Below, in pieces: positions 18,747 through 27,053 of a stretch of 47,860 nucleotides of DNA. Each line of letters starts with the position of its first letter. Position 1 is the first letter of the stretch. The stretch spans positions 1 to 47,860 of the forward strand of contig CAZKOI010000001.1 of NCBI GenBank assembly GCA_964554315.1. The letters run 5' to 3'. Source of the stretch: an uncultured Enterobacterales bacterium (GTDB lineage: Bacteria > Myxococcota_A > UBA796). The translations under genes were made by a program, and so were the position numbers. The notes under the pieces are model-generated. The model had not been told where the DNA came from and did no database searches. It saw only the letters and a list, made by a program, of their open reading frames with translations.

Positions 18747-19597
18747 GGAAGGTCCGGAAAGTCGAATTGATGGAGCCCTTGGTCGTCGATCGCGGTCCAG
18801 TACATCACTGCAGTGGTGTGGATGGCGGACCATCGACCTTGCCGGTCAAGTGCGATCAGACCGGCCGCCCACTGGCGGCTCACCATCCGCTCTCTGACGC
18901 GTGCTGTCGCGTCCTCGATAGCCAGACCGCTATCCACCGCGGCCACCGCTCGCGCCGCGAGCGCCCCATCGACGATGTCCTCTCCGATTCCAGTGCAGCT
19001 GACACCGGCGTTGGGTGAGGCGAAGTTTCCCGCCACGGTCGCAGAGTCACTCACTCGGCCGATGCCCTCCATTCCTCGTCCGCCGGTGCTCGTGGCAGCG
19101 GCGATGTGACCCCGTAGGTCACAGACCACGGCCCCAATGGTGCCCGTCTCCCCTTCGATGGCTTCGCGCCAGGATTGCAGGGCCGCCTCGGTTCTCACAT
19201 CCCCCTCCCGGAGGCCAAGCTCCCGGGCACGCTGCAGCGCTCCGGCGCCAGACAAGACCCTGTCCCGCTCCTGCTGGAGCTGACGACACAGCAAAATGGG
19301 ATTCAGGATGCCCTCCACGTTGACCACGCCGCTGAAGCGCTCGAGGTGTCCATCCATCAAGGCGGCCGATAGGCGTGCCGCACCGTCGCTCTGGAGCTTT
19401 GATCCAGTTCCTGCATTGAAGAGCGGAATGTCCTCCAGCGCCCGCGCGGCCTCCACGGCGACATGTACCGCACTCTGGCCAGCCTTCACTTGCGACCATG
19501 CATCCTCCGCCACTTGCGCCAACAGTGACTTGAGGGCCGCACGCTCGGCTCTCGGACGCGGGCGTCCAGCGCCGCCATGGAGGATCAGACCAGGCAT
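18743..19597 (-). CDS. Isoaspartyl peptidase / L-asparaginase-like Ntn hydrolase
   Basis: LHGGAG, NAGTGS, autoprocessing/nucleophile block GTIGAVVCD, AATSTGG and GRVSDS. Confidence 0.8.
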   Translation of the reverse strand: MPGLILHGGAGRPRPRAERAALKSLLAQVAEDAWSQVKAGQSAVHVAVEAARALEDIPLFNAGTGSKLQSDGAARLSAALMDGHLERFSGVVNVEGILNPILLCRQLQQERDRVLSGAGALQRARELGLREGDVRTEAALQSWREAIEGETGTIGAVVCDLRGHIAAATSTGGRGMEGIGRVSDSATVAGNFASPNAGVSCTGIGEDIVDGALAARAVAAVDSGLAIEDATARVRERMVSRQWAAGLIALDRQGRWSAIHTTAVMYWTAIDDQGLHQFDFPDLP

Positions 19598-20427
19598 CGT
19601 CGAATCTCGTCAGCGAGCTGCATGGCCATCAATCCGTCGTGGCCCGAGCATGGAAAAGCGGTTCCCTCCCTTATGGCGCGCAGGAAAGCGTCATGCTCCG
19701 CCTCGAGCGGGTCCACCTCTGGTACCTCGACCGCCACAGTGGGCTTGCCCCAGGGGGTGTGCAGTCCGGAGCGTTGGTGGAGATCGAGGCTCCAGTAGTG
19801 CCCTTGTGCAAACGCCCGCCAAGTGCGAAATGTCGCTGTGGAGAGCCGAGATGCGGTCACATTAGCGACGGCGGTGCGGCCCGAGGCCAGCCTCAGCTCG
19901 ACTCGTGCGCTGACCATATCGAGCGGTCCACCGGACATGCTCATCCCCTTTGCTCGGACGTCCAACACCTCGGCACTGACCCGATGGAGGAGCAGATCGA
20001 GATCATGAATCATCAGGTCATCGATGACGTCGATGTCAGGCTGACGGGAGGGGGCATCCGCGAGGCGCTCGATCTGTAAAAACTCGAGTTCAAAGCCGTC
20101 GAGTGCGCGGAGCACAGGGTTGAAGCGTTCGATGTGTCCAACGGCAAGGTGCGGGTGTTGGGCGAGTGCCTCTGCCAGCGCCAGAGAGGGTGCCAGCGGC
20201 TTCTCGATGAGGCAGGGAATCCCCGAGGAGAGCAGCGGCATCGCCACGGATGCATGAGATGCTGTCGGTGTCGCGATGACGGCGAAGTCAGGCGGCTTAG
20301 CCGGAGGCGGAGACAGGCCAAGCCGAGGATCGATGATGGCCAGCCTGACATCGCCTCGGGCCAGCAGCTTAGAGGCATGCATACGCCCCATCCGGCCGTG
20401 TCCATAGAGGACACCACACAGAGTCAT
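19585..20427 (-). CDS. Gfo/Idh/MocA-family NAD(P)-dependent oxidoreductase
   Basis: N-terminal Rossmann-type CGVLYGHGRMGRMHA and the EKP motif (CLIEKPLA). The start overlaps the lpxA stop. Confidence 0.75.
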   Translation of the reverse strand: MTLCGVLYGHGRMGRMHASKLLARGDVRLAIIDPRLGLSPPPAKPPDFAVIATPTASHASVAMPLLSSGIPCLIEKPLAPSLALAEALAQHPHLAVGHIERFNPVLRALDGFELEFLQIERLADAPSRQPDIDVIDDLMIHDLDLLLHRVSAEVLDVRAKGMSMSGGPLDMVSARVELRLASGRTAVANVTASRLSTATFRTWRAFAQGHYWSLDLHQRSGLHTPWGKPTVAVEVPEVDPLEAEHDAFLRAIREGTAFPCSGHDGLMAMQLADEIRRCLV

Positions 20428-21221
20428 GCGCTGCCGTGCGGTGCGGTACCGGCCGACCGACAGATTCCCCTCTGGCTGACCTCGATGAACGAGACCAGCT
20501 CCATGACCTCAGGGAAGTCGGTGTAGACCTCGCGGACCTGCTCGAGGGCTATCCGCAGAGGAAGTCCCTGGTGAAAGAGCTCGCGATAGGCTCCCTTCAA
20601 GGCGTTGACGACGTCGAGCGAGAGACCGTTTCGCCGCAGGCCGACGATGTTTAGACCAAAGAGTCGAGCGCGGTCGCCCTGTGCGATGGTGAAGGGCGGA
20701 ACGTCTTGCGCAGCCATCCCCCCGCCGCCGACCATGGCACATCGCCCAATGCGGCAGTGCTGGTGAACGCCCACCAGTCCACCCAACACGACCTTGTCTT
20801 CAATCTTTACGTGACCAGCGATGTTGGCGGAATTCGCGAAGACACAGCCGTTGCCGATGACAGCGTCGTGCGCCACGTGGCTGTAGGCCATGAAGAGGTT
20901 GTCGTCTCCGATAACGGTCTCGCCGCCCATGGTGCCGCGGTTGACCGTCGAGAATTCGCGAAATGTGTTTCGCTTACCCACGCGTAGAGACGAGTCTTCA
21001 CCCCTAAACTTCATGTCCTGTGCGTCACCACCGATCGCGGCATGGGAGAAGATCTGACAGTCCTCACCGATGATGGTGGGGCCAGTCACCACAGCGTGCG
21101 AGCCCACAGAAACACCCTTTTCTAGGGTGACGTCTGCGCCGATGATGGCGTACGGCCCAAGGACAACGCCATCGGCGAGGTTGGCGCGCTCATGAACTAC
21201 AGCGGTGGGATGAATCGACAT
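20424..21221 (-). CDS. lpxA: Acyl-ACP--UDP-N-acetylglucosamine O-acyltransferase LpxA
   Basis: N-terminus MSIHPTAVV with hexapeptide repeats, a C-terminal helical domain, and an LpxA-typical block (GLNIVGLRRNG). Confidence 0.92.
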   Translation of the reverse strand: MSIHPTAVVHERANLADGVVLGPYAIIGADVTLEKGVSVGSHAVVTGPTIIGEDCQIFSHAAIGGDAQDMKFRGEDSSLRVGKRNTFREFSTVNRGTMGGETVIGDDNLFMAYSHVAHDAVIGNGCVFANSANIAGHVKIEDKVVLGGLVGVHQHCRIGRCAMVGGGGMAAQDVPPFTIAQGDRARLFGLNIVGLRRNGLSLDVVNALKGAYRELFHQGLPLRIALEQVREVYTDFPEVMELVSFIEVSQRGICRSAGTAPHGSA

Positions 21222-21231
21222 GGGTCACTCC

Positions 21232-21258
21232 GGGCCACAAACCTAACCGGTGTGGCCC
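21232..21258. other. Inverted repeat GGGCCACA-N11-TGTGGCCC between hspQ and lpxA
   Basis: Perfect 8-bp arms at 21232-21239 and 21251-21258. No T-tract follows on the minus strand. Confidence 0.35.
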
Positions 21259-21270
21259 GATTCGGGATGC

Positions 21271-21597
21271 CTAATTTTCCATCCCGCCCACACTGTATGA
21301 CCCGTCCTCGAACTCGTTGAAAAACACAGGTACGTAGGGGTGATTGACGGGTTCTTTGCTGTCATCCGCCTCGAGGTTGATCTCCGCCTCGTAGGTCTCG
21401 ATGGCGCGATTGTGGACCAAGATCTGGTACCACGGGCTGTTTCGGTCGGCGGCGCTCGGCGATACGCGTCGCTGAAGCTCCTCGCTGCCTTCGTATCCCG
21501 TGTGGGCATCAACAATCACGCCGCGGTATCCGAACCGCTTGTGGTGCACGACTTGGCCGACCTTGAAGTACGGCGTTCGTCGATTGTTTTTGCCCAT
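21271..21597 (-). CDS. hspQ: Heat shock protein HspQ / hemimethylated-DNA-binding (YccV) domain protein
   Basis: FKVGQVVHHKRFGYRGVIVD followed by PWYQILV, characteristic of the YccV/HspQ family; 108 aa. Confidence 0.8.
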   Translation of the reverse strand: MGKNNRRTPYFKVGQVVHHKRFGYRGVIVDAHTGYEGSEELQRRVSPSAADRNSPWYQILVHNRAIETYEAEINLEADDSKEPVNHPYVPVFFNEFEDGSYSVGGMEN

Positions 21598-21641
21598 CTG
21601 AGCCCCCTGGCCGTCACCCTGCCCGGGGCATCCCCGGAGCC

Positions 21642-22388
21642 TCAGTATCTCATATGGCGCAAGATTTGTGTGTAGTCGTGTGTGACATCTGCGCTCGGAC
21701 AGTGCTCCCGCAAGAGGGCTTGCTTAGCCAAGGCGGCTTGATTGTCGGCCCAGGCATTTCGAATCCGGCAGATGACCTGAAGTCCAATGGCTTGTTCGAC
21801 GGCAGCAGGACTGACGCCGCTGTCGGGGTGGGCACGGTTAATGATTCCCATGGCCACTTGGCCGTCCACGTTCAACGAGGCGAGGACGTCGAGTCGCCGC
21901 TTGGCACCGATAAGCGCCGGTCGCTGCTCCGTCGTCACCAAGAGTCGGTCATCGGCGTAGGCACAGGCGGTGAGCGAGACTTCATTGAGGTCGGTTCCAC
22001 AGTCAATGACCACAACATCAAACTGAGCACGAAGCTGGTTTAGCAGTCGAAGGACGTCCTGTGCGTCGACGGCATCGGCGTCCGCGAGATCGGGGGCCAG
22101 CCCCAGCACAGAGAAGCCGAGACGGTGGCGGGGAATAGGCGCCCGTGCGGTCACGTCCTCGGTGCTGTTCATCCAGGTCATGACGGTGGGTTCGCGCTCC
22201 AGACCCACATGCAGGCCAACGTCGCCCAGAAACAGGTTGAGATCCAGCAACAAAACGGAGCGTGTCTTCGAATTGGCGAGTTCAGCCGCGAGGTTTGCGG
22301 CGACGGTTGTGGTACCGACGCCTCCCTTGGCGCCCAGAATAGCGATGGCTCGTCCATTGTTCGACATAGGGGTCCTCAGTAACGGCAC
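21642..22388 (-). CDS. ParA/MinD-superfamily ATPase (CpaE/TadZ-like ATPase domain only)
   Basis: Deviant Walker A ILGAKGGVGTTTVAANLA and Walker B-like VVVIDCG. There is no receiver or other N-terminal domain. An alternative ATG lies at 22367. Confidence 0.75.
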   Translation of the reverse strand: MPLLRTPMSNNGRAIAILGAKGGVGTTTVAANLAAELANSKTRSVLLLDLNLFLGDVGLHVGLEREPTVMTWMNSTEDVTARAPIPRHRLGFSVLGLAPDLADADAVDAQDVLRLLNQLRAQFDVVVIDCGTDLNEVSLTACAYADDRLLVTTEQRPALIGAKRRLDVLASLNVDGQVAMGIINRAHPDSGVSPAAVEQAIGLQVICRIRNAWADNQAALAKQALLREHCPSADVTHDYTQILRHMRY

Positions 22389-23680
22389 GCGGCGATGATG
22401 TGCTCAGGTGAAGGGTTGGTGTTCCACGCGTCGAGGATGTCGTCTGCGGGAGAACGCCCCGCCTCGATGCGCTCGAGGAGCGGCTCGATCTTATCAAGGT
22501 CCAGAGGAAGGCAAGCCTTGAGGCCCCGCTCGGCAATGTCGCCCAGGTCGGAGGCCCAGTCCGCGAGCGTGCGACGGCCGACACGTGCCTCGAGACCCGA
22601 GCGGGCTGCGGCGGTGAATCGCTCGGTGTGAGAGCCACACTTCTCGAGCTCCCGGACCAACTCAAGGCCCTCATCGAGCGCGATGTTGCAGTAAAGCATG
22701 CCTGTGAAGAGCGCGCAGAAGGCCAGCGCCATATCGTGACCGACACAGTCGGCGCCGCGGATCTCGATGGTTCGCTTGATGCGCACCTCGGGGAACACGG
22801 ATGTCTGGTGAAGAGCCCAGTCTTCCTTAGTCGGAAAGTGGCCGTCGATGCCGTGGTCAAGGAAGGTCCTAAACGATGTGCCGTGGGCGGCGACCCACTC
22901 CCCGTCCTGAATCCGGAACATCATCGGCGAGTCGAGAAGGTAGTTCACCCAACGCTCGAAGCTGAAGTCGCTTCGAAGCCCCGGAGGAAAGCCGGTTCGA
23001 TCAGGGTCTGTTCGGGTCCAGATGTGGCCGCGATACGACTTAAAGCCCGTTGGCTTGTTCTCGAGGAGGGGTGAGTTGGCAAACAACGCGGTGGTCAGAG
23101 GTGCGAGGCCTGCTGCGAGGCGCACCTTTCGGGCACAGTCCGCCTCCGAAGAGAAGTCGTAATTGGCCTGAACACTGCACGTGCCCTTCATCATGTGCGC
23201 GGCCAGGTCGCCCCGCTGGGGCAGATAGCGCTTCATGATCCCGTAGCGAGCCTTGGGCACCCAAGGGATGGCGGCAATGGGGGTGACCGGAGTCACGCCA
23301 GCGGCGATCCAGACATGATCTCGGCCCTCTGAGATGTCCAGCAGCGCTCGGCGATTGGCCATCATTTCTTCGGCGAGCGCGGAGAGCGAGGCGTGAGGGG
23401 CTCCGCTGAGCTCAACCTGCCCACCGGGCTCGAGTGTAATGTTGGCCATGTCCTCGCGATGAAGCGCGATGATGTTGTTCCCCTCCCGGTGGGGGCGCCA
23501 GGAGGTGTCCAGAGCGAGCTGGTCCAGAATCCAACCGATGCCGTCGGGCTCGAAGTAGCCTATTGGGCGGCCGTCACGTCGGACCACTGCACGTTCAAAT
23601 TCGCCGCCGACCAGCCACTTCTCTCGCGGCGTGCAGTAAGTGTGAAAGGACTCGATGAGGTCTGATGCTTTCAGCCGCAT
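22376..23680 (-). CDS. gshA: Glutamate--cysteine ligase, plant/alphaproteobacterial type (GCS2 family)
   Basis: KWLVGGEFERAVV and ITLEPGGQVELSGAP blocks match plant-type GSH1. ATG at 23680 was chosen (MRLKASDL...); the ORF extends to 23806. Confidence 0.82.
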   Translation of the reverse strand: MRLKASDLIESFHTYCTPREKWLVGGEFERAVVRRDGRPIGYFEPDGIGWILDQLALDTSWRPHREGNNIIALHREDMANITLEPGGQVELSGAPHASLSALAEEMMANRRALLDISEGRDHVWIAAGVTPVTPIAAIPWVPKARYGIMKRYLPQRGDLAAHMMKGTCSVQANYDFSSEADCARKVRLAAGLAPLTTALFANSPLLENKPTGFKSYRGHIWTRTDPDRTGFPPGLRSDFSFERWVNYLLDSPMMFRIQDGEWVAAHGTSFRTFLDHGIDGHFPTKEDWALHQTSVFPEVRIKRTIEIRGADCVGHDMALAFCALFTGMLYCNIALDEGLELVRELEKCGSHTERFTAAARSGLEARVGRRTLADWASDLGDIAERGLKACLPLDLDKIEPLLERIEAGRSPADDILDAWNTNPSPEHIIAACRY

Positions 23681-23738
23681 GACGGTTCTCTTGGGAAGGT
23701 GTACGTGAGAATGGGTATGATGCCTCAGGAGGTCAAGC

Positions 23739-24308
23739 ATGCGAATTTTTCTCTTCGTCCTCAGCGCAGGATGCACGCCGCACCTGGAGAGCGAGCCTCG
23801 AGCCACCTGTGGTGGTGAGGAGCTGGAGAACAGCTGGGAGAAGTCTGCTCCACCCGTCGCACTTGAGGGCGAGGGATTCTCGCGAGGTTCGGTCGTGCCC
23901 GACTTCTGCCTCGAGGATCAAAACGGAGACAGGACCTCCCTCTGGCAGTTCTACGGCGACGTGATTTTGTTGGACATCTCCACCATGTGGTGCGGCCCCT
24001 GCCAGCAGATCGCGAAGGACGTGGAGGAGACTTGGCACGACTATTCGGAGGAAGGCTTCACCTACATCACCGTTCTTCCCGAGGACCTCGAAGGAGGCCA
24101 GGTCGATCGCGCTGACCTCCAAGAGTGGTCTGAAGAGTTCGGAATTACGGCGCCCATTCTCGCGGACAACGAGGGCTTTGGCTACAGCGTTGAGCCTGAG
24201 CGGGCTTGGCCCGTCGTGATGTTGATCGATCGCAAGATGTCGGTGCTCGTCGAGAGGATTGCGCCCAACGACCACGCCATTCGAGAGGCGATCGAAGCCG
24301 CGCTCTGA
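23739..24308 (+). CDS. Thioredoxin-fold thiol:disulfide oxidoreductase lipoprotein (TlpA/redoxin-like), Cys form
   Basis: Lipobox MRIFLFVLSAGC and redox motif WCGPC in a redoxin-like context (VVPDFCLEDQNGDR...VILLDISTMWCGPCQ). Confidence 0.85.
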   Translation: MRIFLFVLSAGCTPHLESEPRATCGGEELENSWEKSAPPVALEGEGFSRGSVVPDFCLEDQNGDRTSLWQFYGDVILLDISTMWCGPCQQIAKDVEETWHDYSEEGFTYITVLPEDLEGGQVDRADLQEWSEEFGITAPILADNEGFGYSVEPERAWPVVMLIDRKMSVLVERIAPNDHAIREAIEAAL

Positions 24309-24317
24309 GCGCCGACC

Positions 24318-25115
24318 CTACTGCAGACGCATGATGATGTGAAACCCGTGGGCGGACTCTACGACGCCGGTGTGAGCACCGACATCAAGATCGAATGCTG
24401 CGGCATCAAACTGCGGGGCCATCTGCCCTTGCTGGAACCAACCCAGGTGTCCGCCTCGCTTGCCGAAAGGGCCGTCTGACCACTCCCTGGCCACCTCGTC
24501 AAAGGGCTGGCCAGATACGACGCGCTCGAGTGCTTGGTCAGCGCGAAGTCTCGCCTCTTCCTTGGTGCGCTCTGAGCGGGTCTTTTTAAGCCCCTCCCAC
24601 TGAATGAGGATGTGGGCCAAGGCCACCTCGACCACCTCCAATCGCTCGATGATGTGGAAGCCGAACGGGGTCTCAACCACCCCGGAGCGCGCTCCGACCT
24701 TGAGCGCGAGAGTGGCCTCTTCGAACACGGGGTTCATGACGCCGGTCGTGAATACACCGAGGTCTCCGCCGCGAGACCGGGTACCGTCATCAGAGTGGCG
24801 CTGAACGAGCTCCTCAAAGTCTCCACCGCTCTGAAGCTCGCTCAGGAGACCCTCGGCGATCGTCCGAGCCTCTTGGGCCGTTCGCGTGACGCCGTCCGGT
24901 ACGCGCGTCGCGTCACGGTGAGCGATCAAGAGGTGACGAGCGCGGATACGAGGGTGTGGAACCTCTGCAATGGGGCGGATCTCCGGGGCAGGCGGAGGCG
25001 TATCTTTCTCCGACTCACTGGCGCTGCTGCTGACTTCGGAGGGCTGCGGCGGCGGCTCCTCCGAGCCCAGCTCATTGCACGACACACACAAACAGAGCAA
25101 AAATGCACGAAACAT
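24318..25115 (-). CDS. Peptidyl-prolyl cis-trans isomerase with two parvulin (PpiC) domains, probable lipoprotein
   Basis: Two rotamase repeats each end in GFHII (..TPFGFHIIERL, ..SAHGFHIIMRL). A lipobox-like MFRAFLLCLCVSC follows the ATG at 25115. Start uncertain: the ORF extends to 25304. Confidence 0.8.
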   Translation of the reverse strand: MFRAFLLCLCVSCNELGSEEPPPQPSEVSSSASESEKDTPPPAPEIRPIAEVPHPRIRARHLLIAHRDATRVPDGVTRTAQEARTIAEGLLSELQSGGDFEELVQRHSDDGTRSRGGDLGVFTTGVMNPVFEEATLALKVGARSGVVETPFGFHIIERLEVVEVALAHILIQWEGLKKTRSERTKEEARLRADQALERVVSGQPFDEVAREWSDGPFGKRGGHLGWFQQGQMAPQFDAAAFDLDVGAHTGVVESAHGFHIIMRLQ

Positions 25116-25152
25116 GAATCCGACTAACCGGCTTTGGCTCCGAGGTGTGCCC

Positions 25153-26274
25153 ATGACTGCCAACATCCTGCGCATCGGCGTGCTCTGGCTGGGACTCTGC
25201 GGGTCGGCTCTCGCGGAGGATGACCTACCGGATAGGGTTGAGCGGTGGATGGAGAGTGTGGTCCTGCTGGTCACGGGGCCCGGCTGGTGCTCCGGAGTGG
25301 TCATCGACGACCAGGGGACCGTAGCGACCGCCTATCATTGTGTGGCCTCCGGTCTGCGCAGCGAGGTTCACACCGAGAGCGGGGACCGCTTCATGGGGCG
25401 CACCATCGCGGCTCGGCCGCGGGATGATATCGCGCTGATTCGTGTGCCGGGTCTCGCGGGTCGTGCTCAGCCCCTCTCGCTTCGGGAGGATTCGCCGCGT
25501 CGAGGAGAGACGGTCTACGGCCTGGGTCATCCGTTTGCCCCCTACGCGGACCGCACGGATGCCATGAAGGGAATGCTCACATGGAGCGTCACCCGGGGCA
25601 TCGTGAGCAACGTTGGTCCCAGGCTGCTGCAGACAGATGCGGCGCTGAACCCAGGAAACTCCGGCGGCCCGGTCGTGGATGACGAGGGCCGAATTGTGGG
25701 CATTACCTCGCGAAAGCTAAGCGGCGACAATGTGGCCTTTCTATCGACGGCCAAGAACCTCCAGGCTCTGGTGGACTCCGGCCAGAAGCCGTCTCCCATT
25801 GGCGGCACCCTGGGCTTGGGTGTGTCCCTAGTGATGCCGCAAGATGAGGCTGCGGCGGGTCTCGGGATCGGCCTTTCGACGACCATTCGAGACCGACTCG
25901 TGCTCGGCGGTGAGCTGTTCCTGAACGGCGCCACCGAGGCGGATGCAGCCTACGTTGGCGAGGTATGGTCGCCAATGTGGATGCTGTCGGGAGGGGTGAG
26001 GCAGACCCTTGGGCGCGGCCACTTTCACTCGGCCATTGAGCTCGGCGCAGGGCTGGTCGGCTCTCAGACGCTCTCGCGCGGAGACTACCTTGAGGGTGAG
26101 CGGCGCTGGACAATGGCGGTCGAGCGCGGGACGGAACCGGCCGCCTATGCCCGATTCAGCTTTGGCGGAGCAGGGGTGCGTATGGTGGTCTTACCCACGC
26201 GGCCGTCCGCTCTCGGCGGGGCCAGCTACTTGGTGGCCTTGGACATCGGGCTGCCGCCGCTCGCCACTTACTAG
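25153..26274 (+). CDS. Trypsin-like (S1) serine protease with Gly-rich C-terminal beta-rich tail
   Basis: Signal peptide MTANILRIGVLWLGLCGSALA and catalytic triad context TAYHCV, DDIALIRV, GNSGGPV. The ~155-aa C-terminal region has alternating hydrophobic residues and ends ...LPPLATY. Confidence 0.8.
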   Translation: MTANILRIGVLWLGLCGSALAEDDLPDRVERWMESVVLLVTGPGWCSGVVIDDQGTVATAYHCVASGLRSEVHTESGDRFMGRTIAARPRDDIALIRVPGLAGRAQPLSLREDSPRRGETVYGLGHPFAPYADRTDAMKGMLTWSVTRGIVSNVGPRLLQTDAALNPGNSGGPVVDDEGRIVGITSRKLSGDNVAFLSTAKNLQALVDSGQKPSPIGGTLGLGVSLVMPQDEAAAGLGIGLSTTIRDRLVLGGELFLNGATEADAAYVGEVWSPMWMLSGGVRQTLGRGHFHSAIELGAGLVGSQTLSRGDYLEGERRWTMAVERGTEPAAYARFSFGGAGVRMVVLPTRPSALGGASYLVALDIGLPPLATY

Positions 26275-27053
26275 ACGAATCGAACGCTGACTGGCGCGTG
26301 GTCGCTGAGTCCCGCCGATCGGCCAATCCAGGCAGAATCCGCGTGCTTCAGCAGGTCGGGCGTGGCCATGAGATAGTCCAGGCGCCAGCCTCGGTTTAGC
26401 TCTCGTGCTCTCCCTCGATTGGACCACCAAGAGTACTCCTGTACGCCGGGGTTGAGGTGCCTCCAGAGGTCGACCCATCCCTGATCGAGCAGCTGATCCA
26501 TCCAGGCCCGCTCGTGGGGGAGAAATCCCGAGTTGTTCTTGTTCGCTCGCGGGTTGTGGATGTCGATCTCGGTGTGGGCGATGTTGTAGTCACCGCACAC
26601 AACGGTTGGAATTCCATCCTCCAGCAGCTTGGCGGTCTGTCCGAGCCAATGAGCTAAGAATTGGTCCTTCATTCCTTGGCGCTCCTCGCCGGAGCTTCCT
26701 GAGGGGATGTACAGGCTGATGACCTTGGTGGGACCGATCTCAGGCGCGTCCACGACGACCCAGCAGCACCGACCTTCTCGGTCGGCCCAGTCCAATCCGG
26801 TGCCCTGCCCGCGCTCAAGGACGGGCAGGCGACTCCAGGCGGCCACTCCAGAGTAGCCCTTCTTCTCCGCCTCAACACGAATCGACGCCCAGCCCCGAGG
26901 TGGCTGATGCTCCTTGAGGAGTTGGTGCTCTTGGATTCGCATTTCTTGTAGGGCGAGCACATCGCAGCGCTCCTTGCTTCGCCAGTCGGGAAATCCCTTT
27001 CTCGCCGCCGAGCGGATTCCGTTCACGTTCAGTGTGGTCAGGATCCAGCTCAT
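26271..27053 (-). CDS. xthA: Exodeoxyribonuclease III (AP endonuclease)
   Basis: TLNVNGIRSA, LALQEMR, GDYNIAH and SDHAP blocks of the EEP/ExoIII family. Confidence 0.9.
   Translation of the reverse strand: MSWILTTLNVNGIRSAARKGFPDWRSKERCDVLALQEMRIQEHQLLKEHQPPRGWASIRVEAEKKGYSGVAAWSRLPVLERGQGTGLDWADREGRCCWVVVDAPEIGPTKVISLYIPSGSSGEERQGMKDQFLAHWLGQTAKLLEDGIPTVVCGDYNIAHTEIDIHNPRANKNNSGFLPHERAWMDQLLDQGWVDLWRHLNPGVQEYSWWSNRGRARELNRGWRLDYLMATPDLLKHADSAWIGRSAGLSDHAPVSVRFV

Noticed and set aside
23681-23806. N-terminal extension of gshA (ORF start at 23806), and similar extensions for lpxB (to 18833), the PBP (from 7229), the PPIase (to 25304) and the protease (from 24970)
   Set aside because: The extensions overlap neighbouring genes or divergent partners and lack family-typical sequence. 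Internal ATGs give canonical N-termini (MKRIFVSAAEPSGD, signal peptides, lipoboxes) and ATGA-type coupling.
26271-26274. 4-nt convergent stop-codon overlaps (protease/xthA here, and M14/hslO at 31693-31696) as possible antisense regulation
   Set aside because: These are simple tail-to-tail packing in a compact genome. No extended complementarity or structure was seen.
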